A stretch of 64,000 nucleotides of DNA, taken from NCBI RefSeq assembly GCF_009914755.1, contig NC_060931.1; one strand, 5' to 3'. Shown here one piece after another: positions 45,233 through 57,900 of the stretch (within the stretch, counting starts at the first letter, position 1; each line of letters opens with the position of its first letter). The position numbers and the translations under genes are program-made. The notes beneath the pieces are model-generated. The model searched no databases, had not been told where the DNA came from, and saw nothing but the letters and a program-made list of their open reading frames with translations. The stretch is from the human T2T-CHM13v2.0 reference genome, Homo sapiens.

Positions 45233-46040
45233 TTGAAATCCATAATCTAATGCTGCATGATGAAAAAAATCTAACTTTATCGCTGACCTAAGGCAATACA
45301 GATTACTTTTTCCCCAGGAGGCAGAAAATCTGTTATGTGTTAACATTGGAAAAATTAGGGAGAATCATATTTCCTCTAGCAAAGGGGTAAAGGCATTTTT
45401 AAAACAATCACTGGTCAAAAGTGACTGGAAAGATGCCCTCTCCCTCATGCTTGGAGGTGGAGATCTTGCTGACAAAACAGTGAAGGTCAAGGGTGAGGAC
45501 GGAGCCGGACATCCTTACCGAAAGCCCAGCTGACCCTTGTGTTGTGCCACTCAGAGTCTATGCTTGCTGAATGAATAAATGGTGATTTATCCTTGAGCTT
45601 ATGCAAAACACTTCCAGGAGACTTCCAGAAATATTGGGGTGGGGAGTCCTTTATAGGAAATAGGTCTTCTGTGAACTTGTGATGTTTCCTCTGTGGATAA
45701 AATTTGGCCTTTATTGCAACTCATTATTTAATTTTTTTTTGGCAGAAATTCTTGTGAGGCTGGAACAACTCAGGATGCTCTGCGAATTAAAATGGTCTAG
45801 TTGTACAGGTTTCAACATTCTTTTTTTTTTAAGCTACAGAATTCCTTCTGTAAGCAGAAACTGCATTTAAACCAAGTAGAAGTGGAGCTTCTCTGGTTGC
45901 AACAGAGGGGAGGAACTGGAACACGTTGAAATCTATAATCTAATGCTACATGATGAAAAAAATCTAACTTTATCTCTGACCTAAGGCAATAGATTTTTTT
46001 TCCCCAAGAGCCAGAAAATCTGTTGTGTGTTTACATTGGA
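45233..46040 (+). repeat. Dispersed direct repeat of about 118 bp (45233-45350 and 45926-46040)
   Basis: TTGAAATC(C/T)ATAATCTAATGCT(G/A)CATGATGAAAAAAATCTAACTTTATC...ACATTGGA; about 90% identical by hand alignment. Confidence 0.92.
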
Positions 46041-46414
46041 GCTCCCCACAGGAGCCTGCAGGACAATCTGAGAACAACTGGTTTAGGATTCATTCTGGGC
46101 TAATTTTCTAAATACTGTGAGTATGTTAAAATAGATCTAGTCTTTGTCCTTGCTATGCTTGATTCCAATGTTAAAATGTGGTCATTTGATCTCATTCTCA
46201 AGATCTGCTGATTGCCCAATTAAATTTTGGAAGATCATTCTACCTGTGTTCTTGGCTTCGTGCAGAAGAGAAAATACTGTCAATTTAGACTCTGAAGAGA
46301 TTGATTACTGTGACAAATGCTATTCCTTAGTTTGCCATTTGCCATCAACTTTACTGGGGGGCTTCTGGTTTTCAAAGCAAATGTACGGAGGATCAAATCT
46401 CTATCTGAGATGAG

Positions 46415-46690
46415 TAAGTCTCAGAGAGCTACTGTATAACATATCACTTATAGTTAACAGTATTGTGGCATTTAAAATTGGCTAAGAAGGTAGATCTTAT
46501 GTTGTGTTCTTATCACAATCAACCAGTCAAAACATAAATAAATGAGCAGGAGGAAACTTTTGGAGGTGAGGGATATGATTATGGCATTAATTGTGTCAGT
46601 GGTTTCTTTGGTTTATACCTATCTTCAAACTTATCAAGGTGTACATATTAAATATATACAGCTTTTTGTGTATCAATAAAAGAAATGTCT
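46415..46690 (+). mobile_element. L1MA/MB 3' end fragment
   Basis: AAAATTGGCTAAGAAGGTAGATCTTATGTTGTGTTCTTATCACA...ATCAATAAA. Confidence 0.75.
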
Positions 46691-46767
46691 GAAAAAGAAA
46701 ATTTCACTTATGTAAAACTCACCACTAATATGTCACATCATGGTGAATGAGACTTATGCAATGTAAG

Positions 46768-46947
46768 CAGGAATGTTGAATCTTTTGGCTTCCCTGAGCC
46801 ACATTGGAAGAATTGTCTTGGGCCACACATAAGAGATACTAATGCTAACAATAGCTGATAAGCTAAAAAAAATTGCAAAAAGATCTAATGTTTTAAGAAA
46901 GTTTACAAATTTGTGTGGCCCACAGGCTGTGGGTTGAACAAGCTTGG
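46768..46947. mobile_element. MER30, opposite orientation to the copy at 21.4 kb
   Basis: TCTTTTGGCTTCCCTGAGCCACATTGGAAGAATTGTCTTGGGCCACACAT...GGGTTGAACAAGCTTG. Confidence 0.85.
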
Positions 46948-47129
46948 ATTTGTGGTTGAGATAGGGGTTTCATTTGATCATTTTCAATTTATTCTTTCAT
47001 AGCATTCATTTCATTGATGATTTCATTGATAGAATTTCAGTTGATAGTTTGTGTTTTCTAACAGAGTCCAAGAGCCTGGAGTTTGCTTTCTTCCTTTTTT
47101 TTTTTTTTCCTCTCTCCTAATTTCCTTTT

Positions 47130-48325
47130 TCATTTGCAACGGGCTCATTGAGATATAATACACATAACACGATTTGTCCATTTAAATTATAAAATTCAAT
47201 GACTTTTGGTGTGTTCACAGAGTTATGCAACCACCACAGTCAATTTTAGTACATTTTTCATCACCTCAAAGGAAAATCTCATATGCTTTAGCTATGACAG
47301 TCTTGTAACCTCCATAGCCATAAGCAACCGCTAATCTACTTTCTATCTCTACAGAGTTGCCTATTCTGGACACTTCACATGAAAGAAATCATATGATGTG
47401 CGATCTTTGGTGACTGGCTTCTTTCACTTGGCATAATGTTTTTAAGATTTATCCATGTTTTAGCATATGTCAGTATTTCATTCTTTTTTATGTATTATAA
47501 CATTCCATTGTATAGGTAGAAGGTGTTTTGTTTCTCCATTCATCAGTTGGTGAATATTAGGTTTCCACCTTTTAGCTATTATAAATAATGCTGCTATGAA
47601 TACTTGGGTATAAGTTTTTGTGTGGTTATATGTTTTCACTTCTCTTGGGTATATACCTAGGAGTGGAATGGCTGAGTAAAATGTTAATTCTATTTTACCT
47701 ATCTAAGGAACTGTTGGACTGTTTTCCAAAGTGGCTATACCATTTTACATTCCCACCAGTAGTGCACGAAGATTTCAATCTCTCTACATCCTCACCAACA
47801 CTTGTTGTTATCTGACTTTTTGATTATGGTTATTTTGTGGGTATTAAGTGGTATCTCATTGTAGTTTTGATCTGCATTTTTGTGATGACTAATAATATTG
47901 AACATCTTTTCATGTGCTCACTGACTATTTGTATATCTTTTTCTGGAAATGTCTATATAGGTCCTTTGTGAATTTTTAAATTGGGTTACTTATCTCTTTT
48001 TATTACTGAGTTTTAAGGGTTCTTTATATATTCTAGATGCAAGGTCCTTATCAGATAAATTATTTGCAAATATTTTCTCCCATTCTCTGGGTTTTCATTT
48101 TCTTGGTAGTGTCCTTTGAAGCACAAAAGTTTTTAATTTTGATTAAGTCCAACTTATCTATATTTTTCTAATGTTGCTTATGCTTTTGGTGTCATTGATT
48201 ATGAATCCATTGCGAAATCCAAGGTCGCAAAAATTTACCTTTGTGTTTTCTTGTAAAAGATTCATAGTTTTGTCTTTTACATTTAGGTCTTTGATTCATT
48301 TGAAGTTAATTTTTGTAAATGGCTT
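47130..48325 (-). mobile_element. L1MB 3' fragment (about 1.2 kb)
   Basis: ATTGAGATATAATACACATAAC...TATATACCTAGGAGTGGAATGGCTGAGT...TTTACATTTAGGTCTTTGATTCATTT. Confidence 0.88.
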
Positions 48326-51300
48326 TTATTTTTGTCATTTCTTCTTTCATTTTTAGGTCTTGAGAGACTGAAAGAGCCAAATTTGTTAAGACAAATTGGC
48401 CAAATAACATGTGAAAATATTAATAAACTGGCTATTAGTGTGTTGAAGAAGGGAAAATGTTAGGCAGTAAACCTAGTTAATTTTGTGTTTGTGTGATAAA
48501 TTTTGTGGTCTACGTATCTAATGCCTCCCGTATAATATTGTGGTTAAACAATATTCAGAATCCTATCTCCATTTCCTCCTTGCAAATGAACACTTCTTCC
48601 CTGTTAGTTATGAATATTCATACCTTGTTTCCATTCTTGCTACATATGCCACTTCAAACAGTGTTGCTTACATAACCCAGCTTTTGTTCCTCATTTAAAA
48701 AAATCTGCTTTCTCCACGGGCACACAGCATTCACACACACATACACACACAGTGCGACCTCTCCCCACATGCTCATGTGTTGGCTGGCATGGACGTCTCT
48801 GCAATTCCCCTCTTCTCATCATTCACCTTTCAAGTTATTTTTACAGGCCCATTTCAGCAGGGGTTAATCTGGATAAGAAGAAAAAATAATAATGGAGAGG
48901 AAGGGCAAGATAACACCCTGGAGTATTTAGTCATTTCTTTGTATTTTAGGATACAAATGTAAGATTTAGCTACAGAGTAAGCATAATGCATAATTACCAC
49001 ATTGGGATGCTAAACACAGGCACTGCATTCACTCCGTGCATAGAGTGAGATCTGGTTCATGGAAAAATGCAGGTTTTGCATTTTTCCAGCAAAATAAGTG
49101 AGTGGGGGTGGAAGGAGACTGGCATTCTGATGATTTTTTCAGAATACTAATGCCTGCCATAGGCGGTGGCGGTGTTGGGTTGGCCGGTCTCTTCTGTATT
49201 ATGCCCACAGAAAAGGGAGGCTCCTCTCCTCTTTAGGCGTCTTTTATGGCAGCAGCCCAACAGGAAATCTGACTAACCAACAAGTAATTCTTTTGCACCT
49301 CTATGGAAGAAAACATTCTCCGAGTGTTCAGGGAGAATCCAGGCAGGAAAAGCAAAGCCATCCTCATGTGGTCATGGGAGAACAATTAAGTATCAGGTTG
49401 TGTGATCCTGAATGTGAGGGCTGAAGGGGGACAGAGAAGGGAGGTTAGTGAGCCTTGCTGGTGGGAGTGGAGGGCGTTGGGATGCCTTCATGGAAAATGT
49501 GGGCTGTGGAGAATGAAAACAGTTTCTAAAAGTAAAAGGGGAAAAAAAGGAGAGCACACCAAGTGAGAGGAAGGAAGGATGGAGGGTGAGCCTAACATAG
49601 CAGTTACGACGGACCTGGCCTTGGGCAGAGGCCTTGTTATGATCCCCTTTGAGTATTTAAACAACTCTGAAAGGTGGATTAATTATCCTTTGGTGGAGTG
49701 TAGTGACTTGCTCGTGGTCACTCAGCTTCTAAGCAGTGACATAGTATTTGGTTCAAAAGTTCTTTGCCCTGGCGATATGCCTTGTTGATGCCATCCTGCA
49801 GGCACAGAAACTGGAGTTATTATCAATTCTCTACACGTTAGCTCTAATTCCATTCTATTGCTCCCTCTCTGAATCTACCAGGCAATGCAGAGATTGAGGT
49901 TCACTGTTTCAGATCAGTAGACTCCAAACTTGTTGATCCTTAGGCTCATCTCAGGAGTTAAAAAAAAATGACCTGTTTCTACATCCCACTCTAGACCAAA
50001 TGAAACTGCATGTCCAGAAATGAGATTTCTGATTGTTCTCCAGAACCTCACTTACTATTTTGAATAAAGTAGATATCAATAAATATATGTCATATGAATA
50101 ATTAATGTACTATCTAAATCATTTTTTTAATCTACTGATTTGATGATTGTGAGTTCCTCGTTGCCTTGGTTTTTTCCTTCTATATTATACCACGACCATC
50201 CTTGTGTGGAAATATTGTTTCCAAGTGATGAAAATAAGGACTGATGGGCTTTTCTCAGCTAGGAGTTCACTGTGAACCCAAACAGCATTTGACTAGGACT
50301 TGCAGGAGGCAAATGCATGTTTTCTGGCACTGAGAAGAATGCACATACCAAGTTTTCTGTCCTTGCAAACCTGGCTCTCATTTCGTCCTAATCGAAACCA
50401 TTGTGTTAAGAGAAGCCTTAGCAGTTTCCCTTTTTCCAGAGCTAAACACCAGTGCTTCTTACCCTCTCTACAATTGTTGTCCTCTGGAATAGAAGGGTGA
50501 TTGACAGGCTCTTGCTGATTATGATCTGAAACTGGCCTAAATTACCTTTGGTTGCTGAGTGGAGGGGGTTGGAAGATGAAGGTAGGGAAGTAAACTGATT
50601 TGGTCTTTATTAATTCCATTGGTAATCTGATTTAATGTCAAGTTGTCGGTTGTTTGGGGTTGGGTTGTGTTCATCAGAATGATTTAACACATTGCTTGAT
50701 TTGGTTCCAAATTGAAGTGCTTGATAAAGTGGTCCTGTGATTTTTCCACTACTTTCCTTCTGCATCTATCCACTTTAGCATGCTACCAAGGCATCGTCTG
50801 GATCTCATATAGATAAGTGATTGGAGATAGGTGACGACGTGATTAGGAATACTGGAGTTCTCTGAGTTTAAGAGTGCTTCAGTCACAGACATAATTATTA
50901 GTCTAATAAAAACAGGAAAAGTCTAGCTGAGATTCCTTCCCTTTAGTATCCACGGGATTTGAGATGATATTTCAGCCTTGGTTCATTTTTCCCTTCTGCA
51001 TCTATTATTCCATTATTATAAAATGTCACTTTGCCTATAACATATTTTGCCTTGCTGTCAAATTTTATTTGGTTCAGCTTTTAAGTCAGAAGCATTTGTG
51101 GCTGAACACTCCTGTCTGTCTGTGCCAAAGGAATTTTCCAAGCTACAGTGCTTTTGTTAGCTTCATAAATAGTCACATTGTTTTTAAGGTGGAGAACAAA
51201 CATTTACTAAAAACAAAAACAAAAACCATAATATGCAGAAGGCACACATTCAGAATTTAATTCAAGTCTTATGGGAAAATCCTTTACTGTAGAAACTAAA

Positions 51301-54300
51301 ATTTTAAAATTGCCATTAGAATTGATTGGGATGGGAAAAAAAAAAGGCAAATCATCTATGCTTTCATGGGACAGTTCGTCACCAGAGAGAATAGCAAACT
51401 GTTTGATGCAAAAAGAAGTTTCTTAAAAGCTTTGATACAGATGAGATGATTCAGTTTTGCTACATTACCCTGGCCTGCTCCACACTCCCACCCACCATTT
51501 CAATTTTGCTGGCCTCTCCTTTATCTTCCATCTTTCAAAACTGTCATTCAGATTTCCAGATGCTTCTCTAGCACGTAAAACACCAGCCGGCCTGGTGGAA
51601 GCTCCAATTGTTGTCCTCTCCTCTTACAGCTTCTTTCTAAGTAGAAACTCTGCATTAAATTAATTCTCCCCATACAGTTTGATGAGAAGCAGTCAGTTAC
51701 CCAGAGCATATCTTTCCTCTTAGCCTTTAAAAGGGGAACACAATAAAATACTGACTCTATTAAGATAAGAAGTAGTTTTGTAGGAAAAATCCAGTAGGAT
51801 GCATTCAGAGTTCATGCTTACCAAAGATTTGTATTACTAGACAACATTGGTCTTCTTTCTATAATCTACCAGATTGCATTTGCCATAAAATAAGCCTTCT
51901 TCATTGCTAATGTTTGCAGTGCATCTCTTCTATGCATAAATATAGGCCATGAGGTATTTTTGAAGAAAGGCAAAGATTCTTACAGAAATGCAGTTTTCAA
52001 GTGTTTTGTCAATAGACAAGATAATTTACCATTGCCTCCAAGGACAAAAATACTTCTCATAAAAGTGTAATATATTAACAGATTTTACTTATTTTCAAGG
52101 AAGGGGCTTTACTTTGATGAGGTTGTGTCTTTGCAAAACCCACTGTGGATGGAATTCCTACCTTTATTGCAGTTCTGGACATGCCGCTTAGACCACCCTT
52201 TAGAATGGCTCACAATGCCCATTGTCAGCTTTCATAAAGACAACAGATGAGGGCCAATGATTTACGGCAAGTGCCAAACTAATGTGTATGTAGTTAATGG
52301 ATTGCCTCCCTTTCAGATGTCCTGGTTGTCAACCAGCTTGCTCCATGTGGCATGAGACATTGTTCTTTATGTTTGTTCTGTATTTTAAGTTGCAACATCA
52401 ATATATGAATGAAATGTAATGCAAAGAAAGGAACCACTGGAGAAAAAGAAAATACGAATCAGACATTTCTACAGTTTAGGTTAATTTACAATAAAATTGG
52501 AGGGCTTTGGATACAACATCAGTCAACTTCTCACAGAAAAGCACTAAGATGTGAGGATTTGAGCTGACAAAGCATTGCACTTGGCCATTGCCAATGCCCG
52601 GAGCCCAACCTTTGTTTTCTAGAGTGGAGACTGACAGATATCAGAAGAAAAAGTCAAGAAATGTGGTGACAGCTGGAGGAAGGGAGAGAAGCTGAAAGGA
52701 CTTTCATGTCACACACACAAAAAACAGGTCATGAGCAAAATAACAGACCATGGGCCACTGCTCAATGAATCTGCTCCTGTACTTACATCATTCCCTAAGC
52801 TTGAGAACTTTAGGGCAAGAAGGGAAGGTGAGGAGAGGAGATTACACCTTTTTCAGGTATTAAAAGCCAGAAGAAAATACAGTAACTGTACCATTGAGTT
52901 CAAATGCCAACAAGCAGCAGACGTCCGTAGTTCAGTCACATAGATAGCCCCTTTAATGGCAATTTGCAAAGGTGGTTTTTGTACTGGGTCCAATTGTCTT
53001 GATAAATAGTGGAACTGGTGAAAACCTCCTGGCAAGAAACTTGCAGTAATTGAATAGATCCCCAGGCTGGCTGCCATCCGGGAATATAGTTCCAGATGCC
53101 TGCTTGGCAGGGCCACTGGCTGCTCACCCCTGCTCTCCGAACTAGAGGCTGCACCCTCACTTTGAAGGAGTCTGATTTCTCCATTTTAGAAGAACAATTG
53201 CATTCAGCCTTCAACGGGCCTGGGAATCCACTGAGCTGGCTCACTGCAATTCTCCCATGCATAGAATAGACTGTGATTTAATGTGGATTTTCATTTCTGT
53301 CTCAACAGAATAGGTTTCTTGCATGAATCACTTTGACTGTGGTGATTTTATCCTGGGCCACTTAGCCACATTATAAACGATCTGTAGAGGCATGAGATAA
53401 ATCCTTTGCCTTTTTGACTCACCATTTTACAAATGAAAAAAATGTAGGCTTATTTAGCTATCTGTTTCCAGAGTGGCCAACAGGGCTTTGGGTTGGTTGA
53501 TGTCAGACAACGAATGGGCACTTATAGGGCAGTGTATGAAATGGCTTGTGTGAGACTTCCTTTCATTCCCTGCCCTGTCCTTTTTTCTTCCTAAATTCTG
53601 TGAGTAGATCTTCTTCCACCTCAGAATTCACGCTATGCTCATGGCTCTATCTTTTCAAAGTTTCAACCTTTCTCCTAATATGAACTTTAACAGGTTCCTC
53701 TGAGTACTAACTGTGAACAAACATTTCTGGTCTGTATGGACTGGAGTGAGTTCCAAGAACTTCGACAATCAGCCTCATTAACCAGGCAAAGCTATGGAAT
53801 CCTTTGAGTTCCCCTCCAGTCCCCTTGAAGGGGAAACAAAAAGTAAAGATTGCATTTTATATAGGTGCCTTCTGAACAAATTGTTAATGTTTTTCCTTTT
53901 TACCTTCCCCAGTGTTTTCAATCAGTGTCTTATTTCGGGGACTTTTTCCAGTTGCTCAAGGTGGAGATTTCCCGGAGCATTGTGCCTGAAAACAAGGCAC
54001 CAGTGTGCTCTAGGGGCCATGCTCTGGGTGGGCCTTGCTCATCTGCGCAAGGTTGCTTTGCTTTTCTCTCTACTGCTGCTCCTTTCCTGGAACCCAGCAC
54101 TGCTATCATCTGTCCCTGTCAGGATTTGGCACTGATACATATGGTATCAGTAACTATGCAGAGCCAGCGGCGTGATGGGGAGCACAGCTAAGTCCTTCCC
54201 GCTTGCTGAAAGTCTCATCCCGTCACCTGGCGAGTTCTTCTTGCTCAGGGGGAGTCGCGCCTCCAGACGCATGTGGGATTCTTCTTCAACAGGCTAACTT

Positions 54301-54454
54301 TGGTTTCTAATGAGGATTTCAGAGGCATTCTGGACTTTAGATAGACACCTGGAAGAAGGCAAGTGGTTGGCCCTCTGATGCAAGTCACAAATGTATGGAT
54401 GTTGTTCTGTGTTTCCTGTACAATAACAAATAGTGCCCATCTCACGCATGAATG

Positions 54455-55095
54455 CTTTTTTTAAACTTTTATTTTAAATTCAGGGGTACATGTGCAGGTT
54501 TGTTACACAGGATAGTGCCTCTCTCATACGTGAGTGCTTCTTTTTTTTAGCTTTTAAGTTCAGGGCTGCATGTGTAGGTTAGTTACACAGGTAAACTTGT
54601 GTCATGTGGGTTTGTTGTATAGATTATTTCATCACCCAGGTATTAAGCCTAGTACCCATTAGCTGTTTTTCCTGATCCTCTCCTTCCTCCCATGCCCCAC
54701 CCTCCAACAGGCTCCATTGTGTATGGTTCCCCTCTATGTGTCCATGTGGCCTCGTCATTTGGCTCCCACTTGTGAGAACCTGCAGTATTTGGTTTTCTTT
54801 TCCTGCATTAGTTCATTAGTTTGCTGAGGATAATGGCTTCCAGCTCCATCCCTACAAAGCACATGATCTCATTCCTTTTTATGGCTGCAGAGTATTTCAT
54901 GGTGTGTATGTACCACATTTTCTTTATCCAATCTTTCACCAATGGGCATTTATGTTGACTCCATGTCTTTGCTATTGTGAATAGTGTTGCAATGAACATA
55001 CACATGCATGCGTCTTTATAACAGAATGATTTCTATTCCTTAGGATATATGGCCAGTAATGGGTTTACTAGGTTGAATGGTATTTCTGTCTTTAG
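54455..55095 (-). mobile_element. Older L1PA (about PA13-16) 3' end, 5'-truncated
   Basis: TTCAGGGGTACATGTGCAGGTTTGTTAC...CATCACCCAGGTATTAAGCCTAGTACCCATTAG; ORF 54808-55005 is a degenerate L1 ORF2 C-terminus (MFIATLFTIAKTW...WIKKMWYIHTM). Confidence 0.9.
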
Positions 55096-55096
55096 G

Positions 55097-55458
55097 TCTT
55101 TGAGGAATCACCATTCTTTTTTATTTTTATTTATTTATTTATTTTTGAGACAAGGTATCACTTTGTTGGCCAGGTTGGAGTGCAGTGGTGCCAACATGGC
55201 TCACTGCAGGCTCACTGCAGCCTCAACCTCTCAGGCTTAAGCAATCCTCCCATCTCATCCTTCTGAGTAGCTGAAACAAGAGCTGTGTGCCACTATGCCC
55301 AGCTAACTTAAAATTTTTATTTTTTATTTTTTTGTAGAGATGGGGTTTCACCATGTTGTCCAGTCTGGTGTCAAACTCCTGGCTCAAGTGATCCTCTTGA
55401 CTCAGCTTCCCAAAGAGTTGGGATTACAGGCATGTGCCACCCACCATGTCCATCCCAG
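55097..55458 (-). mobile_element. AluJ element
   Basis: Alu body with internal GCTCACTGCAG duplication. Confidence 0.88.
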
Positions 55459-55840
55459 GTGTGCTTTTTCAAATTGATGGCAAATTCCCCAAGAAGAACC
55501 TTGATTAGTTGTAAATTACTAACTGCAAAAATCAGAAGTTCATTTCCTGGGCAAAATGAAATTTGATGGTAGTTTAAAACTTTTATTTTGAAATGATTGT
55601 AGCCTCATGAGAAATTTCAAAAGTAGTACAGAGAGGTTCCATGTTTCCATCACTCAGTGTTCCTCAATGATAACATCCTATATAATATAGTACATCAACA
55701 CAATCAGGACATTGGCAACATTTTTATAGCCAGAGAGAATAGGTACCAGAAAGCCAGATGCACACCTAATATTCAGAGTTCTGGTCCACTATTTGCTTAA
55801 AGAATGGTTTTAAATGAGTCACACATGGACTCTTTGGGCA

Positions 55841-55841
<1 letters not shown>

Positions 55842-55881
<40 letters not shown>
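55842..55881. repeat. (CA)20 microsatellite
   Basis: Uninterrupted CA run. Confidence 0.97.
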
Positions 55882-55884
<3 letters not shown>

Positions 55885-56015
55885 CCAGTTAAAGCCATTC
55901 CAGACCCTGCTGGAATCCATTCCTACCATGCAAAAGGTGGTGACTTATTCAGAAAGGGGAGCTTGCAAAAATAAGGGACCCACAAAGAATCTTAGTAACC
56001 TAAAATAGGTGTTCT

Positions 56016-56337
<322 letters not shown>

Positions 56338-56656
56338 TCATCTGGTCACTCCTGGTATCTTCTTGTAAGACACAGTTCTCCAGATATTTTGAATACTATG
56401 TTGTATGAATGAACCTTAGGATGAAGGAAGAGCCAGCTTTATTAAAAGTTGTGTTCCTAGGTTTGTTAAAAAAAAAAAAAGTGTGGTCAACATTTATTAT
56501 CATATAAGAGTTAAGAGCTTGGATCCTGAATTCAGACAGGTTAGGTTTAATCTCTAGCCTTGTCCCTGACCAGAATGTTGACCACAAGTTACTTTACTGC
56601 TCTAAGGCTCAATTTTCTTATCCATAATATAAGGAAAATTATAGCACCTGAGAAAC

Positions 56657-57206
56657 TGTTAGAAACAGATAATCGGTGCCACAAAGAAATGTCAGCATGG
56701 AGACAAAGGATCTCTCAGCAAGGCAATCTTTACTTTCTGCTGAAAGGGTGCCCCCCGCAGATGGAATAATGGCAAGAGCATATCTGAACAAAGGAAAAGC
56801 AGACATATTTATCCCTTACGCATTTTGGTCATCCTTACTGCTGTGTCCTGCATCTATTGGCTGGAGCTGGACTTCAGAGTCTTAAACTGATACCTGATTT
56901 GCTAATAACCTAAAACTTTCCTAAATAGGTGAGTGCAAGGGAGAACAAAGAAGAAAAGGAAGTTGCTTACCAAAGGTTTAAGGAAGCAATAACATTTCCA
57001 AATAAGGAAGAGGCATAAGCTATGAGCTAAGACTGGCCTGGGCCTGTCCAGGCATGCCTGAGTAAGCCAAAGCAACTAACTGGGCTAAAATGTAAGAACT
57101 AATAATTGATAGGAGGCTTTAAAGTAAGGAGCTATTATTCCTAGTGTCTATTATTTTATTTTTAAACCAAGCAGAGCTTTGAAGAGGAACTTTTCTACTT
57201 TCTACA
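56657..57206 (-). mobile_element. ERV1-class solo LTR (LTR10-like), inserted in a MIR
   Basis: TG...CA termini, 550 bp, TSD GAAAC/GAAAT; on the minus strand CCAAT (56860-56856), ATAAATA (56812-56806) and AGTAAA polyA signal (56734-56729) in LTR order; subfamily uncertain. Confidence 0.78.
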
Positions 57207-57874
57207 GAAATAAATGTTAATTGATTAGGAACTTTAATGCATATAATAAGCATCTGTAAATTTTCACTGTTGTTATGCATAATCATCTCTGATCAGAGTA
57301 TTCTGTCAAGTAATTGTTATTCCATTCAGTTTCTTGGGTGTATTTTCAATGCTGATGCACATGATTTCAAAAACATCTTCTATCCTTGTGGTATGAAAAG
57401 TAGGTAGTGACTACTCATTATATTTGGAGAACCATTTCTATTGTTATCACAGTTATTATTTTTAAATAACAATTGCTCAATATCCTATATTATAAATTGT
57501 ATAACTTGCAGATTACTAACTGTTTGCTGATAAGTTACTTGTATCATAAAAGAGTCTAAAATTGGATCAAAAACAAGTGCAAGATTTTAAGGTCTAAAAT
57601 GAATATAATCTAGGCTCATATAACTAGTCTAAAGTTAATGCACCTAGATCCACAGTTACCTAGACATTAATTTCCTCAAAAATATAACAGAGGCCATTGG
57701 AATTGCTTGTAACAATCAGTCAAACATATGCTACATGTGAAGGAACATTAATTGTTTTTGAAAAATTTTTATTTGTTATAAAAGGTGGATCTGTTACCAG
57801 GGTTGCTTATGTCTTGTTTATAATTGTAGGTTTTCTTTTTCTAGCAGTTGAAGAGTAGTTTAGTAATAAGTAGC

Positions 57875-57900
57875 AAAAAAAAAAAAAAAAAAAAAAAAAA
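57875..57900. repeat. A26 mononucleotide tract
   Basis: Pure poly-A with no adjacent Alu body. Confidence 0.9.

Noticed and set aside
45256-45290. ATGATGA...CTGA in both copies of the duplicated unit, resembling snoRNA C and D boxes
   Set aside because: The boxes are only about 19 nt apart, with no terminal stem or downstream D box and no evident host intron
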